Below, piece after piece: positions 18,989-28,479 of a stretch of 64,000 bases of DNA. The DNA is from Verrucomicrobiia bacterium (GTDB lineage Bacteria > Verrucomicrobiota > Verrucomicrobiia > Limisphaerales > UBA1319), in assembly GCA_963664225.1 (NCBI GenBank), contig OY760937.1, forward strand, positions 4,480,001-4,544,000, read 5' to 3'. The position numbers were made by a program, and so were the translations under genes. The notes beneath the pieces were generated by a model. That model saw only the letters and a program-made list of their open reading frames with translations, searched no databases and was not told the DNA's origin. Positions within the stretch are counted from its first letter, which is position 1. Each line of letters starts with the position of its first letter.

Positions 18989-19960
18989 ATGAATATAACC
19001 CGACGAAGTTTTCTAAGTTACTGCACCCTGTCCGCAGCGGCGCTTGGCCTGGATGCGCACAAATTGCGTTTCCTTTCAGAGGCCCTGGCCAATCCCAGCG
19101 CGCCAACGGTCATCTGGCTCATTGGGGCCTCCTGCAACGGCTGCTCAGTGTCGTTGCTCAATCGTTTTTCCGACAAGGCCGGCGAGCCTGCGGATGTGGC
19201 GGGAGTGCTGACCGGCGCGATCAACCTGGTTTATCATCCAGTCATCATGGCGGCGGCGGGTGAAACTGCCGTGTCGGCTCTCAAGCAGGCCTATAACCGG
19301 GGCAACTATGTTCTGGTGGTCGAAGGGGCGATACCCACGGCTTTCGGCGGCTACACTTGCGGAGTCTGGAACTACAACGGCCAGGACGTCACAATGCAGC
19401 AGGCGGTCCAGGAATTGACCGCCCGGGCTCTGGCCACCGTATGCGTGGGCACCTGCGCGAGTTTCGGCGGCATTCCGGCCTCAGGTTCGAATCCCACGGC
19501 CGCAATGGGCGTGCATCAATTTACGGGTCGGCCCACCATCAATCTCTCAGGGTGTCCGGTCAATCCCGATTGGATCGTCTGGGCGGTGGTGCAATTGTTG
19601 ACGGGCACCCCGGTCACGCTGGATGCGGATGGCCGTCCCTCCGCGCTTTACACCACGAGCTTCAGCGGGGCCGCCGAAGCTGCCATCATCCATGACAAGT
19701 GTCCCCGCAATCCGGCCAACACCGGCACGCTTGAGGCGGTCAATTTCGGGGAAAACGGCCATTGTTTGAAGGCCCTGGGCTGCCGTGGACCGGCCACCAA
19801 GTCGCGCTGTCAGGCGGCCTGGAATGGAATCGGAGGCCATGTGGCCCCGCAACTGCACCCGGGCCACTGGTGCATTGAGGCCAACGCCCCCTGCCAGGGC
19901 TGCGTTGAAAAGACCTTCCCGGGATCCCAACCGTTCCACGAGCCCTACATCCCGGCCTAA
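18989..19960 (+). CDS. [NiFe] hydrogenase small subunit, Tat-exported, group 1 (1a-like)
   Basis: TRRSFL Tat motif; WLIGASCNGCSVSLL, GTCASFGGIP, SGCP (proximal cluster); HDKC...CLKALGC (distal); RC...WNG...WC...PCQGC (medial); no C-terminal TM helix. Confidence 0.93.
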   Translation: MNITRRSFLSYCTLSAAALGLDAHKLRFLSEALANPSAPTVIWLIGASCNGCSVSLLNRFSDKAGEPADVAGVLTGAINLVYHPVIMAAAGETAVSALKQAYNRGNYVLVVEGAIPTAFGGYTCGVWNYNGQDVTMQQAVQELTARALATVCVGTCASFGGIPASGSNPTAAMGVHQFTGRPTINLSGCPVNPDWIVWAVVQLLTGTPVTLDADGRPSALYTTSFSGAAEAAIIHDKCPRNPANTGTLEAVNFGENGHCLKALGCRGPATKSRCQAAWNGIGGHVAPQLHPGHWCIEANAPCQGCVEKTFPGSQPFHEPYIPA

Positions 19961-20023
19961 ACACCGCCATCGCAAATCAATTCATCCAACACCAACACAT
20001 TTAACCGCAATACAGGAATTACC

Positions 20024-21487
20024 ATGCCAGTCATTACTGCCGCAATAGACCCGATCACCCGCATCGAAGGGCACATGAAGGTCGAGGTCAAAATCGACAC
20101 CATAAACGGCGTTCAACAAGTCGTTGACGCCAGCGCCATCGGAACGCTGTTTCGCGGTTTCGAGAAACTGCTCGAGGGCCGTGCGCCCCGGGACGCCACA
20201 ATCATCACCTCCCGCATCTGTGGAGTGTGCCCCACTTCACACGCCATGGCTTCCGCGCTGGCGCTGGATAGCGCCTATGGTGTCAATGGGGACACACCCA
20301 GCAGAACGGCCTCCCGTTTGCTGAGAAATCTGGTGCATGGCGCATGCTTCCTGGAGTCGCACATCCTGCACTTCTATCTTCTATCGTTGCCGGACTATAT
20401 CTCCGGGGTGCCGATGGCGCCCTGGCTGCCCGGTTGGGAAGTGGGAAAACGATTTGATACCGCGACGGTGAATCGGTTCACAGGCAATTTCCTGGCCGCG
20501 ATCACCGCGCGTCGAAACGCCCATGAAATGGGCGCCATCTATGGCGGCAAACTGCCGCATTCCCCCGCCTATATCGGTGGTGGCGGTTTTACCTCCATTG
20601 CCTCGAACGCCAGCACCACCGCCTTTCAGGCCTATCTGACCGACCTGCTGAACTTCATTCAAACCAAATACATTCCGGATGCGGAGTTGCTGGCCAATCT
20701 CTACAGCGATTATTTTCTGCTGGGCAGGGGCTATGGAAGCCTCATGGCTTATGGCGTGTTCGAACAGGACAACTCCACCAGCCCACAACTGCTCCTGAAA
20801 CGGGGCCGTGTGGTGAACGGTACCTCCACAGTCCAGGCGGTCGATGTCTCACAAATCACGGAGCAACTTCGCTATTCCTGGTATGCCAGTGCCGATAATC
20901 AGAATCCCGCCGTCGAAGACACGGTGGCCCAATACCCGAAAGCCGAGGCCTATTCCTGGCTCAAGGCGCCCCGGTATGGTGGCGCGCCCTATGAAGTGGG
21001 TCCGCTGGCCCGCATGACCGTCAATGGCGATTACACCAACGGCGTTTCCGTGATGGACCGGCATCTGGCCCGGGCTCGTGAGGCGCTCAAGATCGCCCAG
21101 GCCATGCAGGCGTGGCTCAACGCGCTGACATCGGGCCAAAGCGCGTACACGGATGCACCCAAACCGGCGAGTGCCACCGCCATGGGTTTAACCGAGGCGC
21201 CGCGCGGGGCCTTGGGCCACTGGCTCCAGGTATCCAACAGCACGATCTCCAAATATCAGATCGTCACCCCAACCTGCTGGAATGTCTCGCCCAAGGACAG
21301 CTCCAACCAGCATGGGCCTCTGGAGCAGGCACTCATCGGCCTGCCCGTGGTCAACATCGACAAGCCCATCGAGGTATTGCGCGTGGTGCACTCATTCGAC
21401 CCGTGTCTGGACTGTGCGACGCACGTAACCCGGGCGGAGCCGGGCGCCAGGGTGTTCGTTCCAGGTGGATTGCCGGTGAAAAACTGA
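20024..21487 (+). CDS. [NiFe] hydrogenase large subunit
   Basis: DPITRIEGH; L1 RICGVCP; EAPRGALGHW; L2 SFDPCLDCATH followed by a 20-aa C-terminal extension. Confidence 0.95.
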   Translation: MPVITAAIDPITRIEGHMKVEVKIDTINGVQQVVDASAIGTLFRGFEKLLEGRAPRDATIITSRICGVCPTSHAMASALALDSAYGVNGDTPSRTASRLLRNLVHGACFLESHILHFYLLSLPDYISGVPMAPWLPGWEVGKRFDTATVNRFTGNFLAAITARRNAHEMGAIYGGKLPHSPAYIGGGGFTSIASNASTTAFQAYLTDLLNFIQTKYIPDAELLANLYSDYFLLGRGYGSLMAYGVFEQDNSTSPQLLLKRGRVVNGTSTVQAVDVSQITEQLRYSWYASADNQNPAVEDTVAQYPKAEAYSWLKAPRYGGAPYEVGPLARMTVNGDYTNGVSVMDRHLARAREALKIAQAMQAWLNALTSGQSAYTDAPKPASATAMGLTEAPRGALGHWLQVSNSTISKYQIVTPTCWNVSPKDSSNQHGPLEQALIGLPVVNIDKPIEVLRVVHSFDPCLDCATHVTRAEPGARVFVPGGLPVKN

Positions 21488-21508
21488 TTAATCACCAGGA
21501 ATCACCCT

Positions 21509-22051
21509 ATGAAGCAAGAAATGGCGAATCAGTTCATGCCTCAACACTCCCGAAAGGGGGAGCCGTCTCGTTTCCTGATTGCCGGCGTGGGAAACGAATT
21601 GCTTTGCGACGATGGCGTGGGAATCCATGCGATCCGGGAATTGCAGCGTGAACCCATTCCCGGAGTGACGATGGTGGATTTGGGCACGGCCATCCTCCAC
21701 GGTCTCGGCTTCCTGGAAGCGGCCGACCGGGTGCTGGTCATCGACGCAGCCAAAGGGGGCCAGGCTCCGGGCACCATTTACCTCTTTGAAGCGGGCGTGA
21801 ATACTCAGGCCCAACCCATGACCTCTGTCCATTCAATGGGCCTGCGCGAAGCCGCCGGCTTGTTGATGGCGGGTCAGGCTCCCCCGATGACCGTGCTGGG
21901 CGTTGAACCGGAATCCTTCAAATACTCCATGTCCCTGTCGGATCCGGTGCAGGCGGCCGTGGCACGCGTGGTTTCCCTGGCCCGGGAGACCATCACGGCA
22001 TGGCGACAGGCCGAACGAAATGAAGAAATGGCTGTTCCAGCCGAAGTATAA
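21509..22051 (+). CDS. Hydrogenase maturation endopeptidase (HyaD/HybD/HycI family)
   Basis: GVGNELLCDDGVG, VDLGT, VIDAA, SVHSMGL, GVEP. Confidence 0.93.
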   Translation: MKQEMANQFMPQHSRKGEPSRFLIAGVGNELLCDDGVGIHAIRELQREPIPGVTMVDLGTAILHGLGFLEAADRVLVIDAAKGGQAPGTIYLFEAGVNTQAQPMTSVHSMGLREAAGLLMAGQAPPMTVLGVEPESFKYSMSLSDPVQAAVARVVSLARETITAWRQAERNEEMAVPAEV

Positions 22052-22095
22052 AACGAACTAAAAACCACTCCAATCCCTTTAACCCAAGACCTACT

Positions 22096-25000
22096 GTGAA
22101 AAATATTCTGAAACTGATGGGCGCCATATTACTCGGCGCAATACTGACCCAGGGGGTCAGTGCGGCAACGACCGATGGCACTGCCACCCTCAATGTGACG
22201 CTGACGGATCCTGCGGGCAATTACAACCGGCGTGTCGATGCGTTTTGGATCACCGATGGCACGGGCCGATTCATTGTGACCGTGCGCAAAGACGCGGCGT
22301 CTGAGCAGGCCTACCTCTACCAATGGAACACCGCCCGCGGGACATCCACGGTGGTGGATGGCTACAGCGGCGCCACAATCACCACCTGGACGCCGATGTC
22401 CGTGCCTTGGAATGGCCGGGACGCCAACAATGTGCTGGTGCCCGATGGCAACTACCGGTTTTACGCTGAGTTTACCGATCATAACGGACAAGGTTGGTGG
22501 ACCACCAACGGGCTAGCCTTCACCAAAGGCGCCAGCGCCTACACCACCAACTATCCCGCGCTGCAATACCTGACCGCCATGTCCGTCACTTATGCCCCGG
22601 TGGCCGTGGTGCATGACATTGCGGTGACCAGCATGACTCCCAGCACGGCTGTGGCCAACACCACCGTGGCAGTACAGGTTGGAGTGACCAATCGAACCGC
22701 CAATGCGGAAACCTTTAGCGTGATCCTGAGCAACGCCACCAGCGGGGTTGTCGTCGGCACACAGACGGTCACCTCTCTGGCTGGCAACGCGGCCTCCAGC
22801 GTAACCTTCCAATGGAATACCGCCGGTTTGCAGGGCAATTACGCCTTGCGGGCAACGGCGGGTCCTGTGACTGGCGAAACCAGCACTGCGGATAATAGCT
22901 ACACCAACACCGTTGCCGTGCAACCCCTGGTCCACGATATCGCCGTCACCAGCATGGCTCCCAATACGGCCCAGGCGAACACCACTGTTTCGGTTCAAGT
23001 TGGCGTAACGAATAAGACCGCCAATGCGGAGTCTTTTAGCGTGACACTGAGCAACGTCACCACCGCAACCCTCATCGGCACACAGACCGTCGGCGCGTTG
23101 GCGGGAAATGCAACCACAAGCGCCGCATTCGCATGGAATACCGCTGGTTTGCAGGGTAATTACGTTCTGCGTGCGGTGGCCGGGCCCGTGACTGGCGAAA
23201 CGATTACTGCGAACAACAGTTTCACGAACACTGTCGCTGTGCAGTCTGTGGCTCATGATATCGCGGTGACCAGCCTATCGCCCAGCCTGGCGCTTCCAGG
23301 CACAAACGTCACCATCACTGTAGGGGTCACCAACCTCACAATAAACACCGAAACCTTCTCGGTAGTGCTGAGCAATCTCACCTCCGCCTCAAGGATCGGC
23401 ACGCAGCAGATTACCGCTCTGGCCGGCAACAGGACTACCAGTGCAACCTTCCAGTGGAGCACCACCAACCTGTCTGGCAATTATGTCCTGCAGGCCAGCG
23501 CCGGTCCAGTGACCGGGGAAACCGCCACGACTGACAATACGCGCACCAGTACGGTGGCTGTAAGGAGCTTGATTCATGATGTGGCCATCGCCGCCATAAA
23601 CGTCCCGGCCCTGGTTTCACCCAACAGCACGGCCACTATTTCGGTGCTGGCAACCAATGCCGGGGAAACCGCCGAGTCGTTTGGGGTGCAATTATTTGAC
23701 GACACCGACGCACGCGCCATCGGCGGGACCTACCAGGTCAGCAATCTGGCAGTGGCAGCCACCCTGAACGTGCCTTTCACCTGGAGCACCACCAACAGTT
23801 CGCTCGGCGTCCACACCCTGAGGGCCGTGGCCGTCGCGGTCACTGGTGAAACCGCTCTTGCCAACAATACCAAATCCGCAGCCGTGACCGTGCAGACGGT
23901 CAACCATGATGTGGCGATTGCCACAATTCTTGCGCCAACGTTCGTGGCACCCAATGGGACCGCCACAATTTCCGTGGTGGCCACAAACCTCGGCGCGGTG
24001 GCCGAATCCTTTGGTGTTCAACTGCTCGACGACACCGATGCGCGCACCATTGGCGCCACTTACCAAGTCACCAATCTGGCCGTCGCTGCGGCAGTCAATA
24101 TACCCTTCACCTGGAAGGCCACCAACAGTTCCCTCGGCTATCACATGTTGCGCGCCGTGGCCAATCCCGTGTCTGGCGAAACGACCCTGGCCAATAACAC
24201 CAATACCGTCAGGGTTGCGGTCGCGACAGGCTTGGGCACCAACACCTACATCGCCAAAGCCAGTCCCTGGCGCTATAATGACCAGGGACTGGACCTGACA
24301 CAGACCCCGTGGCGCCTACCCGATTATTATGACGCCACCTGGAGCCTGGGTGCCGCGCCATTGGGTTACAGCGCGAACAGCAGCTTAACCAATCTCACCA
24401 CCCGGCTGAGCTGGGGACCGGTCGCGACAAACAAATACCCCACCTATTATCTGCGGCGGGAATTCTATGCGGACGTTTTGCCCGCTGCGATGACCCTTAA
24501 CATGCGATGCGTGGACGGAGCCATCCTCTACCTCAACGGTGTTGAGCTGACCCGTCAAAATATCGCCTGGTCCATGGGCTATTCGGACCTTGCGGATGCG
24601 CCGGTGACGGGAACAAACCGTTATACTTACGTCTCGACGAGCCTGGTTCCCACCAATGTGGTTCTGGGCCGAAACGTCCTGGCGGTGGAATTGCATCGGG
24701 CGGACCTGACGGGTTCAGGCCTGGCGTTTGACCTCGAAATGATTGGAACCGCGCCTCAAGCCACTGCCAAACACCTGGTGGACACGATTAGCATGACCAC
24801 CTCCGGGAGCGCGATTCTGGGCGACCAACTGCCGGTATCGGTCACCGTGACCAACCGTGGAAATGTCACAGAGTCCGTGCAAGTGTTTCTCAAGAACAAT
24901 ACGACAGGCCAGATTATTGGTTCTCAAACCATTACCAGCCTGGTTCCGGGAGGCACCACTTCGATCAATTTCGACTGGGGCACTCTGGGGGCCAATAATG

Positions 25001-27243
25001 GCGCAAACAGCCTGACGGCCTACACGGTCGTGGGTGGGGTCACCAACATGGCTGGTTCCTATACCAACACCGCACTCATCAGCGGTACGGGTTTTGTCAC
25101 CAATCCCGTCAACACAACTGCAACCATCGGGGGCCGGTGTTTCGCGATGGCAACCGCTTCCGGCCACTTGCTCGTTGGTTCCGGAGCGACACTCGAAATA
25201 TGGGATGTCAGCCATCCATCCTCACCCGTCCGGCAAGGGGCCGTGCGTTTGCCAGGATTGATTCAGGATATTGCCGCCACCGAGTCTTACGCTTACGTCG
25301 CCTGCGGCTCGGCCGGCGTCCAGTTCGTGGATCTGCATTCGTCCTCCCAGCCCATTCATCGACGCACGCTCAATACCGCCGGCAATGCCTACTCAGTGGC
25401 GGTGAGCGGAAGCTATTTGTATGTGGCTGACGGCAATGCGGGCCTGCGCATCGTCAACATTTCGAGTCCCTCCAGTCCCTCGATGGCTGGAGTGTATTAC
25501 ACCTCGGGACCGGCCCGGGCCGTTGCCGTTTCCAACAGCCGTGCCTACCTCCTCGACCAGCAGCAGGGTTTGTTGATTCTTGATGTGTCGAGCCCAAGAA
25601 CTCCGTCGCTCCTGGGTGTTTACCCCAACTTCGATGCGGGCGTGGCCCTGGCGGTTTCCAGTTCGTATGCATACCTGCTGGATGCCAATAATCACTTCGC
25701 CATCGTCAACGTCTCCACTCCGGCGAGTCCGACATTAAGCGGTTCGCTCATTTTGACGAACATGATCGGTCAGAGCATTGCCGTGAATGGTTCACGAGCT
25801 TATGTTTCGGCCGGAGTCAGCGGTTTGGTGACCATCAATGTCTCCACACCCTCGGCTCCCACGATCGTTTCAACCACTGCCATGCCGGGTGAAGCGGGGG
25901 AAATAGCGCGTTCCAGCTCGACCCTCTATGTGGCTGACGGCTTTGCCGGATTCCAGGTGTTCAATGTCTCTTCATCGTCGGCACCATCGCTCCAGGCGGA
26001 TTACCCGACTGCGTTGCGGGCAACCGATGTGGCCATCACCAACAATCTGGCGTATGTGGCTGCGGGTGAAAGCGGTTTGCGAATCTTCTCGCTGACCAAT
26101 GCCGGTTCGCCAGCGCTCCTCGGCCGGTTCACCGGAGCGGCCAACGCCCGCGCGGTGGCCGTTTCAGGTTCCCGCGCTTATGTGGGTGACGGGCCCAATG
26201 GTTTGAAAATTGTCAATGTCGCCAACCCGGCGGCCCCCACGTTATTGGGCAGCTATACGAACTCGAAGCTGGGCAGCATCCGTGATGTCGGAGTATCTGG
26301 TTCGCTGGTGGTGGTGAGCGATGGACGAACCATGCTCCTGCTGGACGCTTCCACCTCATCGAGGCCAACCCTGGTGGGCACGTATAACACACCGGCCTTC
26401 GCGTTCGCGATGACCGTAAACAACAACCGCGCCTATGTGGCTTGCGGCAAGGCCGGCCTGGTGATTCTCAATGTTTCTCGCAGTTCATTCGCCACCCTGG
26501 GCAGCCTGGTCATGCCTTCGCTGGTAAACGACGTTTCCGTTGCCGGCACCTCAGCCTATCTTTCAGGACCCGTCGGAGGCTGGTGGACCGTCGATGTTTC
26601 GACTCCGTCGGCGCCCCATCTGGTGCAGAGCGCCACCGGTCAGGGAGCCATCATGGGTCTGGCCGCTCTGGGCACCAACGTCGCAGTCCTGACCACGACC
26701 AATTATCTGGTTACAATGAACGCTTCGGTGCCATTGAGGCCGGTATCCATGAAATCCTTCGGACCGTTGGTTGGCGCGATCCGGCTGGCCGTCAGCTCGA
26801 ACTTCGTGGCCTCTGCAGAAGATGAAGCAGGCTTGGGCCTGTTTGCCGTGGCTTTTGGCGGCGGATCGAGCCGGAGCCTGGAACTGGATTCGTTCGTGGC
26901 AAAGAGTGTGGGTGCTGAAAGCGGCCCAGTGCTGCTCGGCGCATCACTGGCTGTAGCTAATCCTGCGGCGGGCACTTTAACGCCTGCCGCGCAGGTTTCG
27001 CCAGCCTCGACTGCCACGGATGCCGCATCGACGAATGCGAACTTCACACTGCACTGGCAGAGCGTGGCTGGTCAGACTTACACCGTCTATCGTTCGACAG
27101 ATCTCAAGGGTGGATTCACCCCATTGCAGACTCACATACCGGCGACGCCGCCAACGAACGTCTTTATCGATCCTGTCGCGCATGATGCGGCCTTCTATAT
27201 GATCGTGATCGAGGAAACGGGTGCCGCGCCAGCGAATCAATAA
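22096..27243 (+). CDS. 1715-aa secreted protein: DUF2271-like flavinylation domain + 5 CARDB/Ig-like repeats + jelly-roll domain + LVIVD repeats + C-terminal domain
   Basis: GTG start and signal peptide; AFWITDGTGRFIVTV...VDGYSGAT...WNGRDANNVLVPDGNY; HD(I/V)A(V/I) repeats; PWRYND...LGY...TYYLRREF; many V.VSG..AYVA.G..GL.I.(D/N)VS.P..P repeats. Confidence 0.85.
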   Translation: MKNILKLMGAILLGAILTQGVSAATTDGTATLNVTLTDPAGNYNRRVDAFWITDGTGRFIVTVRKDAASEQAYLYQWNTARGTSTVVDGYSGATITTWTPMSVPWNGRDANNVLVPDGNYRFYAEFTDHNGQGWWTTNGLAFTKGASAYTTNYPALQYLTAMSVTYAPVAVVHDIAVTSMTPSTAVANTTVAVQVGVTNRTANAETFSVILSNATSGVVVGTQTVTSLAGNAASSVTFQWNTAGLQGNYALRATAGPVTGETSTADNSYTNTVAVQPLVHDIAVTSMAPNTAQANTTVSVQVGVTNKTANAESFSVTLSNVTTATLIGTQTVGALAGNATTSAAFAWNTAGLQGNYVLRAVAGPVTGETITANNSFTNTVAVQSVAHDIAVTSLSPSLALPGTNVTITVGVTNLTINTETFSVVLSNLTSASRIGTQQITALAGNRTTSATFQWSTTNLSGNYVLQASAGPVTGETATTDNTRTSTVAVRSLIHDVAIAAINVPALVSPNSTATISVLATNAGETAESFGVQLFDDTDARAIGGTYQVSNLAVAATLNVPFTWSTTNSSLGVHTLRAVAVAVTGETALANNTKSAAVTVQTVNHDVAIATILAPTFVAPNGTATISVVATNLGAVAESFGVQLLDDTDARTIGATYQVTNLAVAAAVNIPFTWKATNSSLGYHMLRAVANPVSGETTLANNTNTVRVAVATGLGTNTYIAKASPWRYNDQGLDLTQTPWRLPDYYDATWSLGAAPLGYSANSSLTNLTTRLSWGPVATNKYPTYYLRREFYADVLPAAMTLNMRCVDGAILYLNGVELTRQNIAWSMGYSDLADAPVTGTNRYTYVSTSLVPTNVVLGRNVLAVELHRADLTGSGLAFDLEMIGTAPQATAKHLVDTISMTTSGSAILGDQLPVSVTVTNRGNVTESVQVFLKNNTTGQIIGSQTITSLVPGGTTSINFDWGTLGANNGANSLTAYTVVGGVTNMAGSYTNTALISGTGFVTNPVNTTATIGGRCFAMATASGHLLVGSGATLEIWDVSHPSSPVRQGAVRLPGLIQDIAATESYAYVACGSAGVQFVDLHSSSQPIHRRTLNTAGNAYSVAVSGSYLYVADGNAGLRIVNISSPSSPSMAGVYYTSGPARAVAVSNSRAYLLDQQQGLLILDVSSPRTPSLLGVYPNFDAGVALAVSSSYAYLLDANNHFAIVNVSTPASPTLSGSLILTNMIGQSIAVNGSRAYVSAGVSGLVTINVSTPSAPTIVSTTAMPGEAGEIARSSSTLYVADGFAGFQVFNVSSSSAPSLQADYPTALRATDVAITNNLAYVAAGESGLRIFSLTNAGSPALLGRFTGAANARAVAVSGSRAYVGDGPNGLKIVNVANPAAPTLLGSYTNSKLGSIRDVGVSGSLVVVSDGRTMLLLDASTSSRPTLVGTYNTPAFAFAMTVNNNRAYVACGKAGLVILNVSRSSFATLGSLVMPSLVNDVSVAGTSAYLSGPVGGWWTVDVSTPSAPHLVQSATGQGAIMGLAALGTNVAVLTTTNYLVTMNASVPLRPVSMKSFGPLVGAIRLAVSSNFVASAEDEAGLGLFAVAFGGGSSRSLELDSFVAKSVGAESGPVLLGASLAVANPAAGTLTPAAQVSPASTATDAASTNANFTLHWQSVAGQTYTVYRSTDLKGGFTPLQTHIPATPPTNVFIDPVAHDAAFYMIVIEETGAAPANQ
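22612..24230 (+). repeat. Five intragenic ~107-110-aa CARDB-like repeats
   Basis: HD(I/V)A codons at 22612, 22933, 23254, 23575, 23905 (spacings 321, 321, 321, 330 bp). Confidence 0.85.
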
Positions 27244-27280
27244 AACTTGCGACGCACGAATAACACGTTGAACCTGTAGC

Positions 27281-28396
27281 ATGCGAGCTTCAGGTCTCAA
27301 CATGAACCGGTGTACACGGAGCGCGGGACGCATGACCCGCAGCTCCGTTCAATTCATCCTCCTGCTTGGATGGGTGTCAATTCTGGCACCCATCCTTTCC
27401 CTCCCGGTACGTGGTGCCGATTTTCCGCTCATTTCCTGGCAGGGCCAGACCATGGGGTCCACGTACACCGTGAAAATCGTGGACGCCCAACTTGCCGAAC
27501 CGACAGTGGAGGCCTTAAAGCTTGAAATCGAGCGGTGCCTGAAGGAAGTCAATCGTCAGGTGTCGCATTACCAACCGGAGAGTGAATTATCACGGTTCAA
27601 CCGTTCACCTGCGAACACCCCTTTTAAAGCCTCCCCGGGTTTCTTCCGCGTCCTCCAGCATAGCCTCGAATTGAACCGTCAATCGCAAGGCGCCTTTGAT
27701 CCCACGCTGGGACCACTCATCGACCTGTGGGGATTTGGCGCGAAGACTAACAACAAGGCAGTGCCGACCGACGCGCAAATCTCGGAGGCGAAGAAACTCT
27801 ACGGTTGCCAGCACCTCTCTCTGACCGCCAACGGGGAAATCCTCAAAGACATTCCGGAACTGCGCCTAAACCTCAGTTCCGCCGGCAAAGGTTTTGGCAC
27901 CGATGAAATGGCGCGCGTTCTTCGAGCACATGGCTTGACGAACATTTACGTCTCCATCAGTGGCGATGTCTTCACCCAGGGACACAATGCCCAAGGCAAA
28001 AAATGGCAGGTGGGCATTTCAGCTCCAATGCCCGATTGGAGTCCCGGAGATCCACTGGTCACGGTGCTCTCTGTATCGGGACAGGCCGTTTCCACATCGG
28101 GCGATTATCAGAAATATTTGATCGACGCCCAGGGACGGCGTCTTGGCCATATCTTCGATCCGAAAACCGGCTGGCCTGTTCAGCATAATCTGGCGGGCGT
28201 CTCGGTGGTGGCCGGGGATTGCATGACTTCCAGTTCCCTGGCCACGACACTCTTTGTGCTTGGGCCGGATGAAGGACTTCGATTCATTGAATCCCGGACC
28301 AATGCCGCCGCACTATTCGTGGTCCAGGATGCCGATCATAAATTCCAATCGATCCCCAGTTCTCGGTTTAAGGTCATGACCGGATATCAGCCGTGA
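27281..28396 (+). CDS. apbE: FAD:protein FMN transferase (ApbE/Ftp family)
   Basis: GQTMGSTYTVK, SELSRFN, GAFDPTLGPLIDLWGFG, LNLSSAGKG, VSTSGDY, HIFDPKTG. Start could be 27302 or 27332. Confidence 0.92.
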   Translation: MRASGLNMNRCTRSAGRMTRSSVQFILLLGWVSILAPILSLPVRGADFPLISWQGQTMGSTYTVKIVDAQLAEPTVEALKLEIERCLKEVNRQVSHYQPESELSRFNRSPANTPFKASPGFFRVLQHSLELNRQSQGAFDPTLGPLIDLWGFGAKTNNKAVPTDAQISEAKKLYGCQHLSLTANGEILKDIPELRLNLSSAGKGFGTDEMARVLRAHGLTNIYVSISGDVFTQGHNAQGKKWQVGISAPMPDWSPGDPLVTVLSVSGQAVSTSGDYQKYLIDAQGRRLGHIFDPKTGWPVQHNLAGVSVVAGDCMTSSSLATTLFVLGPDEGLRFIESRTNAAALFVVQDADHKFQSIPSSRFKVMTGYQP

Positions 28397-28479
28397 AGTT
28401 TGGAACTGCGTTGGCCACCTGATTCACATTCTGATTCAACTTGTGCGCATCGGGAGGATGAGGCACGTTTTAGGAAAGC

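Noticed and set aside
21397..21426. Selenocysteine ([NiFeSe]) hydrogenase
   Set aside because: The L2 codon is TGT (Cys), not TGA.
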